A DNA stretch of 53,747 nucleotides, counting the filler, from Trypethelium eluteriae (taxonomy: Eukaryota), in the NCBI GenBank assembly GCA_051942245.1. It is 2 parts of 2 records of this genome, joined end to end, with 100 filler letters (N's around TTAATTAATTAA, not from the genome) between each part and the next. Parts side by side here need not be neighbours in the genome. Positions count along the whole stretch, not along the records: positions 1 to 26,847 come from JAVECL010000342.1; positions 26,948 to 53,747 come from JAVECL010000343.1. One strand, written 5' to 3'. A program made the translations under genes and the position numbers. Position 1 is the stretch's first letter; each line of letters opens with the position of its first letter. Of this stretch, positions 22,077 through 33,178 are shown one piece after another. A model generated the notes under the pieces. That model had not been told where the DNA came from and made no database searches. It was given only the letters and a program-made list of their open reading frames with translations.

Positions 22077-25000
22077 CTAATTGTTGTCAGATTGCAGATA
22101 GTTATCCGACAGGGCATTGAAAATCGGAAGCCATCCCGGATCCATTGAGGAGAGCAGTGCAGCAGATTGCAGCATGGTATCTTCTTTGGTAACTCTTGGC
22201 AGAGGATCTTTGAGCAAATAAAGCGCTGCTGTTAGGTCCTGTTCTTGGATGGCTTTGTGAAGGTATTGTCTCTTTGCGAGGTTGGAAACCTCGAGGCTCA
22301 TATGGTCGAGTTTACCTCCTTTATCTACCATCATTTGCCGACAGACTATATCATAGCGCTTGGCGATATTGACGATGAAGCCTGTGCGTTCATGCCGGTA
22401 TTTTTGAAGCATTTTCTCTATTCCAGCGAGGGCGATCGGGTCCGTCGATTGATCCATGGATGGACTCGTTCCATTGAAGCATACAAGAGTTCGATATAAC
22501 TCCGCCAACGCAATGGCAGCATCCTGTATGTCGGATCCCTTCTCTTCGCGAACGATAGCGTCCAAAACCCACACAAGCAAAGCCTCAGAGACTCTCCACG
22601 CACCCTTCTTTGAGTATTCCCCTGCTAGCCTCTTAGCCCCGATGTATCCACACCGCATAGACGGCAATTTGAGTTTGCATCTAAGGACCGGGATGATACA
22701 AGACAAAGCTTCCTCCCGAGATCCTAACCCACTGTCCACAAAGGCATCGACAAGTCTCGTGACCTGAGTGTTTGAGAATTTGAGGGAGGAACCTTCTGTT
22801 TGGCACGTCGTCTGGCCACCGAGATCTTCGACTATGCCGAAGCCAGCTGCTAGAAAAGCAGCAAAAATCTCCTGCGCACATAAAACATCCAGTGGACTTG
22901 TAGCTTCTACGAGGAGGAAGGTTTGCTGTTCCTCGATGTGTTCAGGGCGTTCCGAGAAGACATCAGTTGCGTGCCATCCAAAGAATCGAGATCGATACCC
23001 AAATCTCCACGTTGTGTGAACACCGGCAAAGTCCTTAGCAAAACAATACGGTCCCTCAGAATAATGGCCAATGTGATCGCAGACAGTGATTAATTCGTTC
23101 CCGAGCCACATGCCAAGTTCTAACTGTGTTGTATCTATGTCACGTGGATCACGCGTTGCAAAGATGATTCGCATTGACTTCATTGCGAATGCGCGTGACC
23201 GCGAGGATTGTGTCTCTGTTGGGGCAATTCTCATAGCCGGATCCCATTTCAGTGACCATAGCCACAAAGTAAGAATTGCCTCAACCGCATATTCGTTCAC
23301 TCGCCATTCCTTAAGGGCACGGCAGTCAGGTCCGGAGCGCCGCCGCCGGAGTGTTAGATGAAGCGTATGATGAGGAGGATTCCCAAGAGATGGATCTTGT
23401 GTGATGCTACTCATACCTACTTGACCTTTGTCCGGTCCAAAAGCGCAAATGAAGGACCACGTGAAACTTTCGCCAAGATGTTCCTGATCAAGCCGCAATT
23501 TTGATTCTCCAAAAGTCACAGCTTGCGCTGCGGCTTCAATTGCGTGAGCAAGAGCCCTCGCTGTTTTTCGGCCCTCAACAAAGTCGTCTTTCCAACTCCG
23601 TGACGGAGCCGATGACTGCTCCGTTGAGTTCTGAGTTGACGTGAGAGATGCAAGTCTTGCCCGGTATCTTAATGATCTGTGGCATATGTCTACTGGATTT
23701 TGCCATTCATGTGCATCTCTATTTCCAGCAGAACTTATTGGACAAGACATACCGTCATGTTGCCTTTGTCCTAGGTGAAAGTCCTCCTGACGTGGGTCTT
23801 GAGCAAAAGACTGGAGGTTTTTGGCGCGGAAAATCAAGCTACAACATGGTTTTGTTCCAAAGAAAAGCAACATGTGTTGATGATCCTCGTGCAGAACAGA
23901 CTTCCTACTTCGAGAGAACTGATGGCGATTCAATGGAGCTCCCGAGTAAGCACGTGGCTCGGAGCCTGCAACACATTGTGCCAGCGACAATGCAACCCAG
24001 TCAAGTTCATTTCCTCGAACAAGATCAAGACAGGATGTAAAAGCATTATCGTCCTTCTCTAAGCGTTGAGTGTGTAGTAGAGCCCTGATGCCACTCATGA
24101 CCACGATTGCGCCAAGTTGCATCAGCGAAACTGTAGAATGCATTCCCCGTAGTCCGACAAACTGTGCGACGAATCCAACAATAGTCGTTCCTATAGCAGA
24201 CCAGAGTAACAACTCGTCTTGCGCACATTTCCCGGGGGATTGTGATGCGGAGACGGATCGTTTCCAGGATGTTGTATAATCTTTGCAAGGGTTGTCATGA
24301 TCAGAGAATGCGAAAGCATCGAATGTCTGATCCCCAATGATCTGACCGCCTGGCTGGATCCATATCAAATGGCCATTTGAAGACTGATCCTTAGGAGTTT
24401 TTCTTATGAAATGTCGTTCTCGTGTTCTGCTCCCTATGAGATAGGCGCAGAGATATACACCACTGCATACCGCAAGGGTTCCAAACAGAGTCATAGGAAA
24501 AGCATAGCTTGGAGCCAATTTGCCGTCTTTGGGCCATCGGAAGTAAAATGTAACAAGCGCAGCGAAAACACATACGAAGGCTTGAAGAAGAACCCCAATG
24601 TACGCAGCGACCGATGTCCAAACCGTGCTACGGTTCTTGATCCCAACGTTTAGCGAGAGGTTGGGCTTTAGGGCAAACGACTTATAGCTCTCGTTCTGTT
24701 TCTTCTCCATGTCCGTTGAGGCCCCCGGCTCTTGCCATGACCCCTGAGGAAACTTCCTGAGGTATTCTTCAAATGTGTATAACCCTGCTGTAGGATCACT
24801 GCTGTGAATCTTGCCGGGAGTGCTGTCCGGAACATGGATAGCCTCGAGTATATTTGGACTACCCAACACTCGAGCAATGCCACCGTTGTTGTATAGCTCG
24901 CAAACATCGCGACTCGTGGAAGAACAGAGCTCTGCTTCCGCTGCGGCCTCTCCTTCTTGGGCTCTCCCAACGAATGCACGGAGGGAGGGACTTCCGCAAA

Positions 25001-25235
25001 CTCGGACAGCAGAAACCAGCGCTGTCAAAATACCAATGGGGGCCATTGCAAAGATGAAGTAATCGATAGGGAATAAGCTTTCGCTTAAATACTGCTTTGT
25101 CAGTTGCTCGCCGAACAAAGCTAGAAAAGGAGCAAGATCAGTTGCTAGGTTGTTGGCGAAGTCGTCCCAAAAGTCAGCACGAGTACTATGCAAAAGGAAA
25201 AGAAGGACTAGTGAAAAGCTGAAGGCGTTCTTCAT
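22077..25235 (-). CDS. Large intronless signal-peptide/multi-TM protein of the fungal 'DDFxNNLxTDLAP' family (usually fused to ankyrin repeats)
   Basis: Signal peptide MKNAFSFSLVLLFLLHSTRA, then DDFANNLATDLAPFLALFGEQLTKQYLSES...FAMAPIGILTALVSAVRVCG...FVGRAQEG..AEAELCSSTSRDVCELYN. Several TM helices and QFVGLRGMH; only a degenerate ankyrin-like end (YLHKAIQEQDLTAALYLL). Confidence 0.8.
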   Translation of the reverse strand: MKNAFSFSLVLLFLLHSTRADFWDDFANNLATDLAPFLALFGEQLTKQYLSESLFPIDYFIFAMAPIGILTALVSAVRVCGSPSLRAFVGRAQEGEAAAEAELCSSTSRDVCELYNNGGIARVLGSPNILEAIHVPDSTPGKIHSSDPTAGLYTFEEYLRKFPQGSWQEPGASTDMEKKQNESYKSFALKPNLSLNVGIKNRSTVWTSVAAYIGVLLQAFVCVFAALVTFYFRWPKDGKLAPSYAFPMTLFGTLAVCSGVYLCAYLIGSRTRERHFIRKTPKDQSSNGHLIWIQPGGQIIGDQTFDAFAFSDHDNPCKDYTTSWKRSVSASQSPGKCAQDELLLWSAIGTTIVGFVAQFVGLRGMHSTVSLMQLGAIVVMSGIRALLHTQRLEKDDNAFTSCLDLVRGNELDWVALSLAQCVAGSEPRAYSGAPLNRHQFSRSRKSVLHEDHQHMLLFFGTKPCCSLIFRAKNLQSFAQDPRQEDFHLGQRQHDGMSCPISSAGNRDAHEWQNPVDICHRSLRYRARLASLTSTQNSTEQSSAPSRSWKDDFVEGRKTARALAHAIEAAAQAVTFGESKLRLDQEHLGESFTWSFICAFGPDKGQVGMSSITQDPSLGNPPHHTLHLTLRRRRSGPDCRALKEWRVNEYAVEAILTLWLWSLKWDPAMRIAPTETQSSRSRAFAMKSMRIIFATRDPRDIDTTQLELGMWLGNELITVCDHIGHYSEGPYCFAKDFAGVHTTWRFGYRSRFFGWHATDVFSERPEHIEEQQTFLLVEATSPLDVLCAQEIFAAFLAAGFGIVEDLGGQTTCQTEGSSLKFSNTQVTRLVDAFVDSGLGSREEALSCIIPVLRCKLKLPSMRCGYIGAKRLAGEYSKKGAWRVSEALLVWVLDAIVREEKGSDIQDAAIALAELYRTLVCFNGTSPSMDQSTDPIALAGIEKMLQKYRHERTGFIVNIAKRYDIVCRQMMVDKGGKLDHMSLEVSNLAKRQYLHKAIQEQDLTAALYLLKDPLPRVTKEDTMLQSAALLSSMDPGWLPIFNALSDNYLQSDNN

Positions 25236-26334
25236 GATGGAAGATAATCTGTGGCGCGTAAATGTAAAAATCTCAAACACCGAGGCTTACTTCAAAACTT
25301 GGGAGACTGTTGAGATATGAGTGAGATAGCTCTAGAGACTATGGAAATCCTCACTGATAGCTTTATTCGATTACCCAGCTTGCCTCTTAACTCAAGACAG
25401 ATCAGCAACGTGCGGATACGATCATTTTCCCAGAAACAATGCTCCCTCTAGAAACAACGCAATCGTCCTACAAACCATTGAATACTTCGTACGTCGCAAA
25501 AGGTGCGATTTGACTTCTTGAATGGTAACAAATGATCTCGTAGCAGTGAGGTGGCACTCGAGTAAGAGGTCGTCCATGAACAATAGTATGGAGGTGTGAT
25601 GGCAACCGCGGGTAACCGCAGCTGAGTGGCGGAGAATAAGCAATCAATGCGCATACCCTCATGCTAGCAGTATAAGATCTATCGATCGACGCAACTGTCG
25701 TTAGCGATCAAAGGTATGGACTATGAGGGAAACGGAGGAAAGATAAGCAGGGGAACGAAAACGCAGTGGTATGGCATCGCTAGAGTATCGTAATCCCTGT
25801 CTACTACCTAACCTAATACTCCACAATCGTCGACCCGATTAGATTAATGCTCATCCTAGATTTGAGGTCGTGAGAACATTTTCCTAGTCCTGTATAAAGC
25901 TTCCTCGAGGTCCTCAAACGATATTCTGCGCTAATTATTGGAAACGCCTTGACGGTGGACATGCAGGCGCTCCTTCATCTTCTTCCACATTAGTAACCAA
26001 ATCAAATGGTAAAACAAGCTAAAGGCGACCTTGTTGCTCCAAGACGTGATGAATGAAAGTCATCACTCGGCGGCGTAAATACAACAGTTGCGGGAATTTA
26101 CGTGAAACAAGTCAGCCTATCACAATGCCGCAAAAATAAATATGAGTATTGGAGCAAACCTTTTCAATCTACCCACGAAATCCCGCTATGCAAGCACATC
26201 ACCTCCGTCTGCTGCAAGCGCCAACAAGGGAGAACAAACGCCCAGAGAACGCCGCCCATGCAAGACCGACAACGCACCAATCCACCCCAACCGCCCGCTC
26301 CGCAAACGCCTGCCCAGTCTCCCACCCTATTCAT

Positions 26335-26760
26335 TCACCAGAAGCTGCACCACCCAATATAATGCTGACACAGATTCTCCAAACTCGTCGCCTCCTGCAA
26401 TAGCTTCTCTACCTGGTCCTCAATCTTGAGCTCCTCCTCCGGCTTAAAGTCCCTGCCCGTCAACTTATCCCTTACACGCTTCAACACCTGCAGCGCCCGC
26501 GCATTCTGCACTTCCTTCTCTTGCGGCAGGTCGCCGGCCGCTGGGTTCGTGGTGACGTTCTGGCCGGGCGGCAGGACGACAGCGTTCGACCGCGCGCGCG
26601 GGCGCGCGTACGAGCCGGACGGGCGCTCGTTGATGAGCGCGCCGGCGGGCCGGTCTGAGTCGACGCCGATGATGGAGGCGCGCCGTTCGGACGGGAAGGA
26701 GGGTTCCGGTAGGGACTCGCGGTTGCCGAGGCGCCAGGTGAGGAGGGGGTCGTGGATGAA
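26335..26760 (-). CDS. TOR: TOR kinase, last exon (end of kinase domain plus FATC); rest of gene absent
   Basis: Not in the ORF track because it has no start codon. The 426-nt exon follows ACTAAC...TTAG and translates FIHDPLLTWRL...VQNARALQVLKRVRDKLTGRDFKPEEELKIEDQVEKLLQEATSLENLCQHYIGWCSFW*, the canonical TOR C-terminus. Confidence 0.97.
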   Translation of the reverse strand, partial: FIHDPLLTWRLGNRESLPEPSFPSERRASIIGVDSDRPAGALINERPSGSYARPRARSNAVVLPPGQNVTTNPAAGDLPQEKEVQNARALQVLKRVRDKLTGRDFKPEEELKIEDQVEKLLQEATSLENLCQHYIGWCSFW

Positions 26761-26815
26761 CTAAGAGAAAGGGGGAGAAAGGTTAGTCTCGAGTCCTGAT
26801 TGTGTTGTGGAATTT

Positions 26816-26847
26816 GGGTTGGGCTGGGCTGGGCTGGGCTGGGCTGG
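26816..26847 (+). repeat. (GGGCT)n pentanucleotide microsatellite in the TOR intron, running into the gap
   Basis: GGGTT followed by (GGGCT)5 GG immediately before the N run. Confidence 0.9.
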
Positions 26848-26947
26848 NNNNNNNNNNNNNNNNNNNNNNNNNNNNNNNNNNNNNNNNNNNNTTAATTAAT
26901 TAANNNNNNNNNNNNNNNNNNNNNNNNNNNNNNNNNNNNNNNNNNNN
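26848..26947. other. Artificial 100-bp contig linker (44 N + TTAATTAATTAA + 44 N)
   Basis: Symmetric N runs around TTAATTAATTAA (26892-26903), which places stop codons in all six frames. Total length is exactly 100. Confidence 0.95.
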
Positions 26948-28956
26948 CTCCACCCGGAGGAGGGGGAGGCGGGCTTCCAGCTTGTCCTTGCCCATAACCA
27001 CCATACATGTTCATACCTGGAGGCGCACCAAGGCCAGGAGGAGCACCCATACCTGGAGCTTGATACCGACCGCCTTGATCGCCGTATCCCGGCGCACCAT
27101 ATCCTGCGTACGATCCATAGTTAGACTGTCCACCGGCAGGCGGTGGAGGTTGCTGCCAAGGAGCAGAGCCTTGTTGCGCCCAGGGCGCAGGAGCAGAAGC
27201 ACCACCATAATTATTGTCGCCGCCAGAGCCAGCTTCTGGAGCACCGCCACCGCCGCGGGCCCAGGGAGGGGGTCCTCCAGCATTCTGGTTTTGTTCGCGA
27301 TTGCGATGCCAAGGGGCGGCTGCGCCAGTAGGCCCGCGTTGCCAAGGCTTGAGATGGCTATTATCCTGCTGTGCTCCATATCCGTTGGCGCCGGCGTCGT
27401 CGTAACCACCCGGTCCACCTTCAATGCGCGCAGCACCAGTGTTATCACCGATTGGCCCACCACCTGAGATTTCCTGCATGAGTGACGCATACTCGCGTTC
27501 AGCAGCATCACCGCCCTCGAGGCGTGGACGTCCACCGACAGGCGTGGGGTTCTGACGCCAATCTTGACCGCGTTGACGCTCGGGACAATCACGCGCCATA
27601 TGTCCGGCATTACCACAGACGCGACAAATGATACTTGCCGTGTAGTTCTTCTGCTGTGGACAATCGTACTTACGATGGCCAATCTCGCCACAGTTCTGGC
27701 AAGCTTGGTTTTCGTCATCGCGAAGCGTGCCATTGAGGGCGGCGAGTTCACGGAGCTGGTTTCGCTTGAGTTCATTTTGGCCTTCTGGGATTGAAGCTGC
27801 CTGCGAGACTATTAGCGACGGAGCTCTCAAGGTGATGCGCAGAGACACTTGCCGTTTCAATCACTTGATGGATCAGTTTCTTGGCCTTGTTGACTTTCTC
27901 TTCTGTGTCTGCCATGATGAGACAGTGCAGATCTTCTTCTTGATTGCTGGTGTGAGCCGCGTCGGATCTTCCCTTGCCTTCTTTGACCGAGCCCTTTCCA
28001 CGGATAGCAATCTTTGCCAGCGATTCAGTTTCCATCTTCTTGAGAGTATTGCCACGAGGTCCAATTAGAAGTCCGACTATTAGTAGAAAAAGAAGCTGTA
28101 TGTTAGCAACCTATTTCATTAGAGAAGCAGGATCAGGGTAGGGGGTGAGGTGGAAGGTTACTGTATCTTAAACCAGACACAGTAGACAAGGCAGGGGATG
28201 AATCTGGGTTAGAAATTGAGGGTTAGAAGTCATACTAAAGTTAATCTCCGGATAGTCATTGACTGGAACATAAACCTTCTCTTGCGTTTTCGTCGGGCGC
28301 CTGTAGTCAGAAGGTGGGTGATAGTTGGGGATGACCTTAATCGCCTTCTCAACCAGCTTATGGCGTTCATCTTCTAGACGCTTGCGGTAGCGAGTTTCAC
28401 GAGTATTTGTGCGACGGCCGAAGTTGTCGTATTGAGGCGGGGGCGACGGAGAACTATCTGCAGTTAGCCCTGGTGGTGCAAAAGATGTTGCTAGGAAACT
28501 TACCGATCGCCGTCTGCGGGTACCACATCATTGATGCGGAGCTTTTGGCTGATCTCCTCGATGCGCAAATGTATGGTATAGGCTTCAAGCTGCTCCGAGG
28601 TCATATTGCCCGTGATAGCGGTGGGTAGTCCCATCAAGCCAGCCGCCTTGTTTTCGGACGCGTCGCCCCATCGGTTTCGCTTCTTACGCCGCTTGATGGC
28701 ATCTTCGTTGGTCTCGACTTAAAGAGAGTTAGGAGACTAGAAACAGATTTTTCGGAGATTTATGAAGCGTGCATATACCTGCCACGGGACTTCTTCCTCG
28801 CTTGCCGTTCAAATCAGAGAAGCCGGCAGAAGGTTCTGAAGGATTGTAACCACTGTCAGCAGGAGTCGAAGGTTGACTGTCACCACCTCCAAATCTGCGA
28901 CGAGTGCCCAGAGGAATGTTGTTCGAGCCAGTGATGCCTTGATTCCGCCAAGCCAT
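26948..28956 (-). CDS. MSL5: Branchpoint-bridging protein (SF1/BBP), multi-exon, 3' end cut by the gap
   Basis: [27 protein letters not shown] (U2AF ligand motif), [49 protein letters not shown] (KH domain), [19 protein letters not shown] (QUA2), two CCHC knuckles and a Pro/Gly-rich tail. Confidence 0.97.
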
Positions 28957-29424
28957 GTTGCTTGACGCGTGTGTTCAGAGCGGCGATGATGAAGGAGGGA
29001 TCTTGACCTTGACCTCCAGGGAGTTATAAGCGCGGATTGCGTCGGATCAATAATAATCCGATCCGCCTCTAGGAAGACGCGGCAGAATCAAACTCACTTG
29101 ATGAATACCTGAATTGGAAAAATGCATTCGGGGTAGCCCCCAGTTAAATCCACCACATTCTTCAGCGGAATCGCTAGATGTTGTCTTGTGAAGAGTCATC
29201 AGATTCAATATCATTGATTTCCAAATTGTATTGCTACTGAACTGGGTATAATCATCAGAGAGGTCCTCGTTATCAATTTCCTTATGACCTCAAGGTAATA
29301 GTTTCAACCAATGCAATTCAATCCATGAATGTTTCCAATGATGTTAGCTGTTCCAGCAGCCCAAAAAAAACGCGCTATACCTGAGACCAGGAAGTCAGAC
29401 TCGTCCTGCCTTTTCCGGACGGCT

Positions 29425-31076
29425 TTACAACGCAAATCTGAAGTCAGGATGCTTGTCCCCGAGGACTTCCTTTTGTTGCCACTCATCCGGGTTGGCGGGA
29501 AGCGTCGCGCGCTTTTCTGACTTCTGGCAATTGCCATAGTACATTCCGATGGCCAAAATAGTCAGGAAGAGAGCAGATATCCCTGCCATACCCAAGCCAA
29601 CGCTAAACCCAGTGTGGAACTTGGGTGTCTGAGACGTTACGAAAACGTTGGATGATATGAAAGCGCCGCAGTTTCCCACCGCAATCACCATACCCAACGC
29701 GACGGTCCGCTTGTAGCCCTTGCCCACGTTGACTGCTAACCATACGACGGTGATTGGCATGATTATAGAATATCCGGAGACGAGAAAGAACATGCCTGCA
29801 TATCGGGCCCCAGCCGCGTGCGGTTGGCCAAGCTCAATAGAGAGTCCGATGATTTCGAGAAGCACACCAAGCATGCCAAACCAGTAGCGCTTCCCAAGAT
29901 ATTCGCTGGCGAAGCAGCAGAGGATCGAAACAACACACGCAACACAATAGACTGGGATGGTATGAACCTGAGCGGCTGCCGAGGTGTAGCCCAGTCCCTT
30001 TAATACAGTCGGTTGAAATGCAACGACGGAAGATGCATTTTCTTCGGCGGCAAAATAGACAATGGTCCTGTTCAATAATTAATCGTTATCCTACTTCACA
30101 CGTGGGATGCGCAAAATGCGAACATACGCTGCCCAAATCTTCCAGTCCCTGAGACAGAGGAATATCTCTTTTTTCCGGTCTCTTGGGGACTCCCCTCCGT
30201 CCTGCCGAAGGCGAGCAAGCAATACGCCCTTTTCTTCCGTTGTGAAGATCTTGGTTTTCTCTGGAAATTCAACGAGCACAAAAAAGCTTCCAATGGAGAC
30301 GAGCATGGTGACCAAGGATTCGATGATGAAGATCCTAACATTTTGTAAGTATCAATTCGATTCTGTCTTTTTTCTGAGCTAGTCATACCAACGCCAACCA
30401 GCGTAACCCCCATCCCCGTCCATCTTTGCGAGCAAATTGGCAAGCAGCTGGTCAAAGTGAGCGCGTCTCCCAAGACCAAAGTCTTTCGACAACATACTCC
30501 ATTGAAAGCACCAGCAACGTTTGCTGCGCTATAGAAGACAACATATCGCCGAAGAAACTCATCTCTTTTGTAATACGACCCAATCAAGGAGGCACATCCA
30601 GGAACGAACCCAGCCTCACAGATACCTTCGAGGAACCTGCAAACAACCAGTCCAGCATAAGTTTTGGTCAGGCCCTGGCCAAGGACTGTCAAGCCCCAAC
30701 AGAACATCATTACACTGAGTGATTTGGGGCCAAACTTCTGAAACAACAGATTGGCAGGAACACCAAAAACAACATAGCTCAGTGTGAAGACCCAGTATGC
30801 ATTGTTATAGTCATTTTTGACGAGGTGCAGCTCTTCTTCCATGCCTTGTATTTTGGCATTGGCAATATTGCCGCGATCGATGAAGGATACAAGGAACAGA
30901 AACCACAAAATCGGGACGACACGAAAGTCAAGCGTCCTCAGAATTCTTTGCTCGACTTTTGGGTCGATGGTGCCAGGCGGAGCAGTCTGCTCTTCGAGTA
31001 TTTCCGCTCCGGGTGGCAACGCTTGGATTTCTGGAATAGGCGTCACCCTGGCTTCAGCAGTATCCTTGCTTGACAT
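29425..31076 (-). CDS. MFS transporter, anion:cation symporter / Dal5-Tna1 family, multi-exon
   Basis: LDFRVVP.LWFLFLVSFIDRGNIANAKIQGM, CRFLEGICEAGFVPG, YYKRDE..RR, GYAGWRW/IFIIE, DWKIW, GYKRTVALGMVIAVGNCG, GDKHPDFRFAL*. Confidence 0.92.
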
Positions 31077-33178
31077 GATCCTGGGGAACAGGAAGGGTTC
31101 TCGTCAAGATCAAATATTGACTGCGATCGAAGTGAGCACTGAGTAAGGTGTCAAAAACAAGGAGGTAAGTGAAAATGCCAAGTAAGGGAATGCGACGAAG
31201 AACCAAGCCAAGTAGCAAATACCGAGCGATCATGATGGTAGAAATACAAGAAGGCGACAGGTGTAATTCTGCGGAACATTACTTGGACTGTGAGCTGTCA
31301 GCGGATCATCTGTCAGACGAGCTTCATCCCCTAGTAGACAACGTAGTACGGTAGTAGTCGTAACTGTCCGATAGTACCGGACAGAATTAGCGTCTACCAA
31401 GACATGACGACAAAGGGATCGTCACCCAAGGCGAGAATGCCGCCTCCTTCACCGGCCAAACTCGCGCGAGAGGCTGCTTGTAAGGCGTGCAGTAGATTAT
31501 GAGGCCGCTTAAGTACTGCATGCTACTGGTACGGTGAACGGCTAGGAAGATGCTGACAATGGCAAGGATGCCAGGTCAGGGCCGGATGTAGCTTGTGCAT
31601 GGAGTGGAGAGGAGGACCCGCCCAGATTCTCGGATGCGCATCATTCTAGGTACGTACTGATTCTGCTGGAACGTTTCGAGATAGCTTACAACCATCGGGC
31701 GGGGATGCGTAGCGCAAGGTCTGGATAAAGGCGTGGCCCAGCAAGCTGATGGAGAAAATGAATGGTGATCAATCTGTTTGCTTGTGCTCGCAGTGGCCGA
31801 AGTCAATGAGATCGTTTGTTTCCAGCTTTTGAAGGGTTCGATATTGACCGGGGTGAGTTGGCACATTGGAAGCCGTGCAAAATCATGGAGTACCTTACAC
31901 CCTTAAGTAAGGTACCTATATTAATCTAGGTAGGTGCGCTGCGATAAGCCGCGGCAAGCTTTGCGGGTGCTCGCGCTTCTGTGACACTAAAGCATCCGTT
32001 GATGGTCAGTGCGCACCTTAGCTGTGGCCGCTTAAGGGGCCAGGACGCGCTAGACAAGCGAGAGTCACTACGACTTCCATTCACCATCTGCATCACGGTG
32101 ATATGCCGTATTGCTTGGACAGCAATTATATTCAAATCAATGCGGACAGGGCTAAATATTCATTTCGGTATCAGCCCCATCCCCGACGACCGCTGACAGC
32201 TCGACAACGATGTGTAAAACCCTTAAACAGGTTCGCTACGTAGAGAAAACAACTGGGTTCGAAACGAGGACTGCATGCCTCCGATTTCGTAGAACACATA
32301 CAGCTCATATCCGATTATCGTTGAGCATCAGCCTTGGGAATTAAGGACGCGAGATGCAGCTAGAGAATACGTCCTACATTGAGCGAACTCAACCGCTGTG
32401 CAAAGCCGTTGGACAACTTTGACACAGCAGGAAGACTTCCGATTCGTTTCGCCCATGATACTGTTTTCATCGCTCACAGACGCCTAAATTGGCATCTTCC
32501 GTACAGATGATCGCTCACTATGTGACACCACCTGTGGGGACCGACCAATTGGATGAATGAAATAATGGAGCACAGAACCAATCAAGATGGGTATTGTGCT
32601 CTCAATCGCTCTCCGTGTTCTATCACTTTGATCACCTTTATGATTTTAGTCACTTTGACCATGATGATCACTCTGGTCACTCTGTTAATCTCTTGGACTC
32701 ACTCTACACGCTGTACTTGTGACTAAAATGATAAGCGGTACGCTGTGGCGACTTTTATGCCGGTCTCGATTAGCAAGCAGACAGCATACTGAATATGTAC
32801 AACTCGAAGAGCTGCGTCTTCTGAAGTGAAGTGAGTGAGTGGCGCGTCTGCAAAGCACTGAGCATGACGCAACGCCTTGAGTTTAATTCTTTACGACATG
32901 CATGAACTTGTGGGTCCCTCCGTTCTTCTACAACATTCGAAGATCGCTACCTGCCCGACGCAGAGTTAGCTATTCGACTGCAACTACTTCACGCTCTCAT
33001 TCTGCTTCTTAAGAGGATAGCTTCTCGACAAAGCTAAGCTACTCCGCCCCCCCCCTTTTCGGACGGTGCCACTCGTTTCTCTGTACCTTTCCTTGTTCGT
33101 AGATGGCTCACTTCTGATACGTCGTCCCGAGTTACTAACAAAGCCTTGGAGACGTGGCACTCATCTTAGCAGTTACCG

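Noticed and set aside
26892..26903. TTAATTAATTAA palindrome as a biological motif or MSL5 stop
   Set aside because: It sits centred in symmetric 44-N runs and stops all six frames, so it is an assembly linker.
32200..32290. GGTTCGAAAC B-box-like sequence suggesting a tRNA
   Set aside because: No acceptor stem, D-arm or anticodon arm could be built around it.
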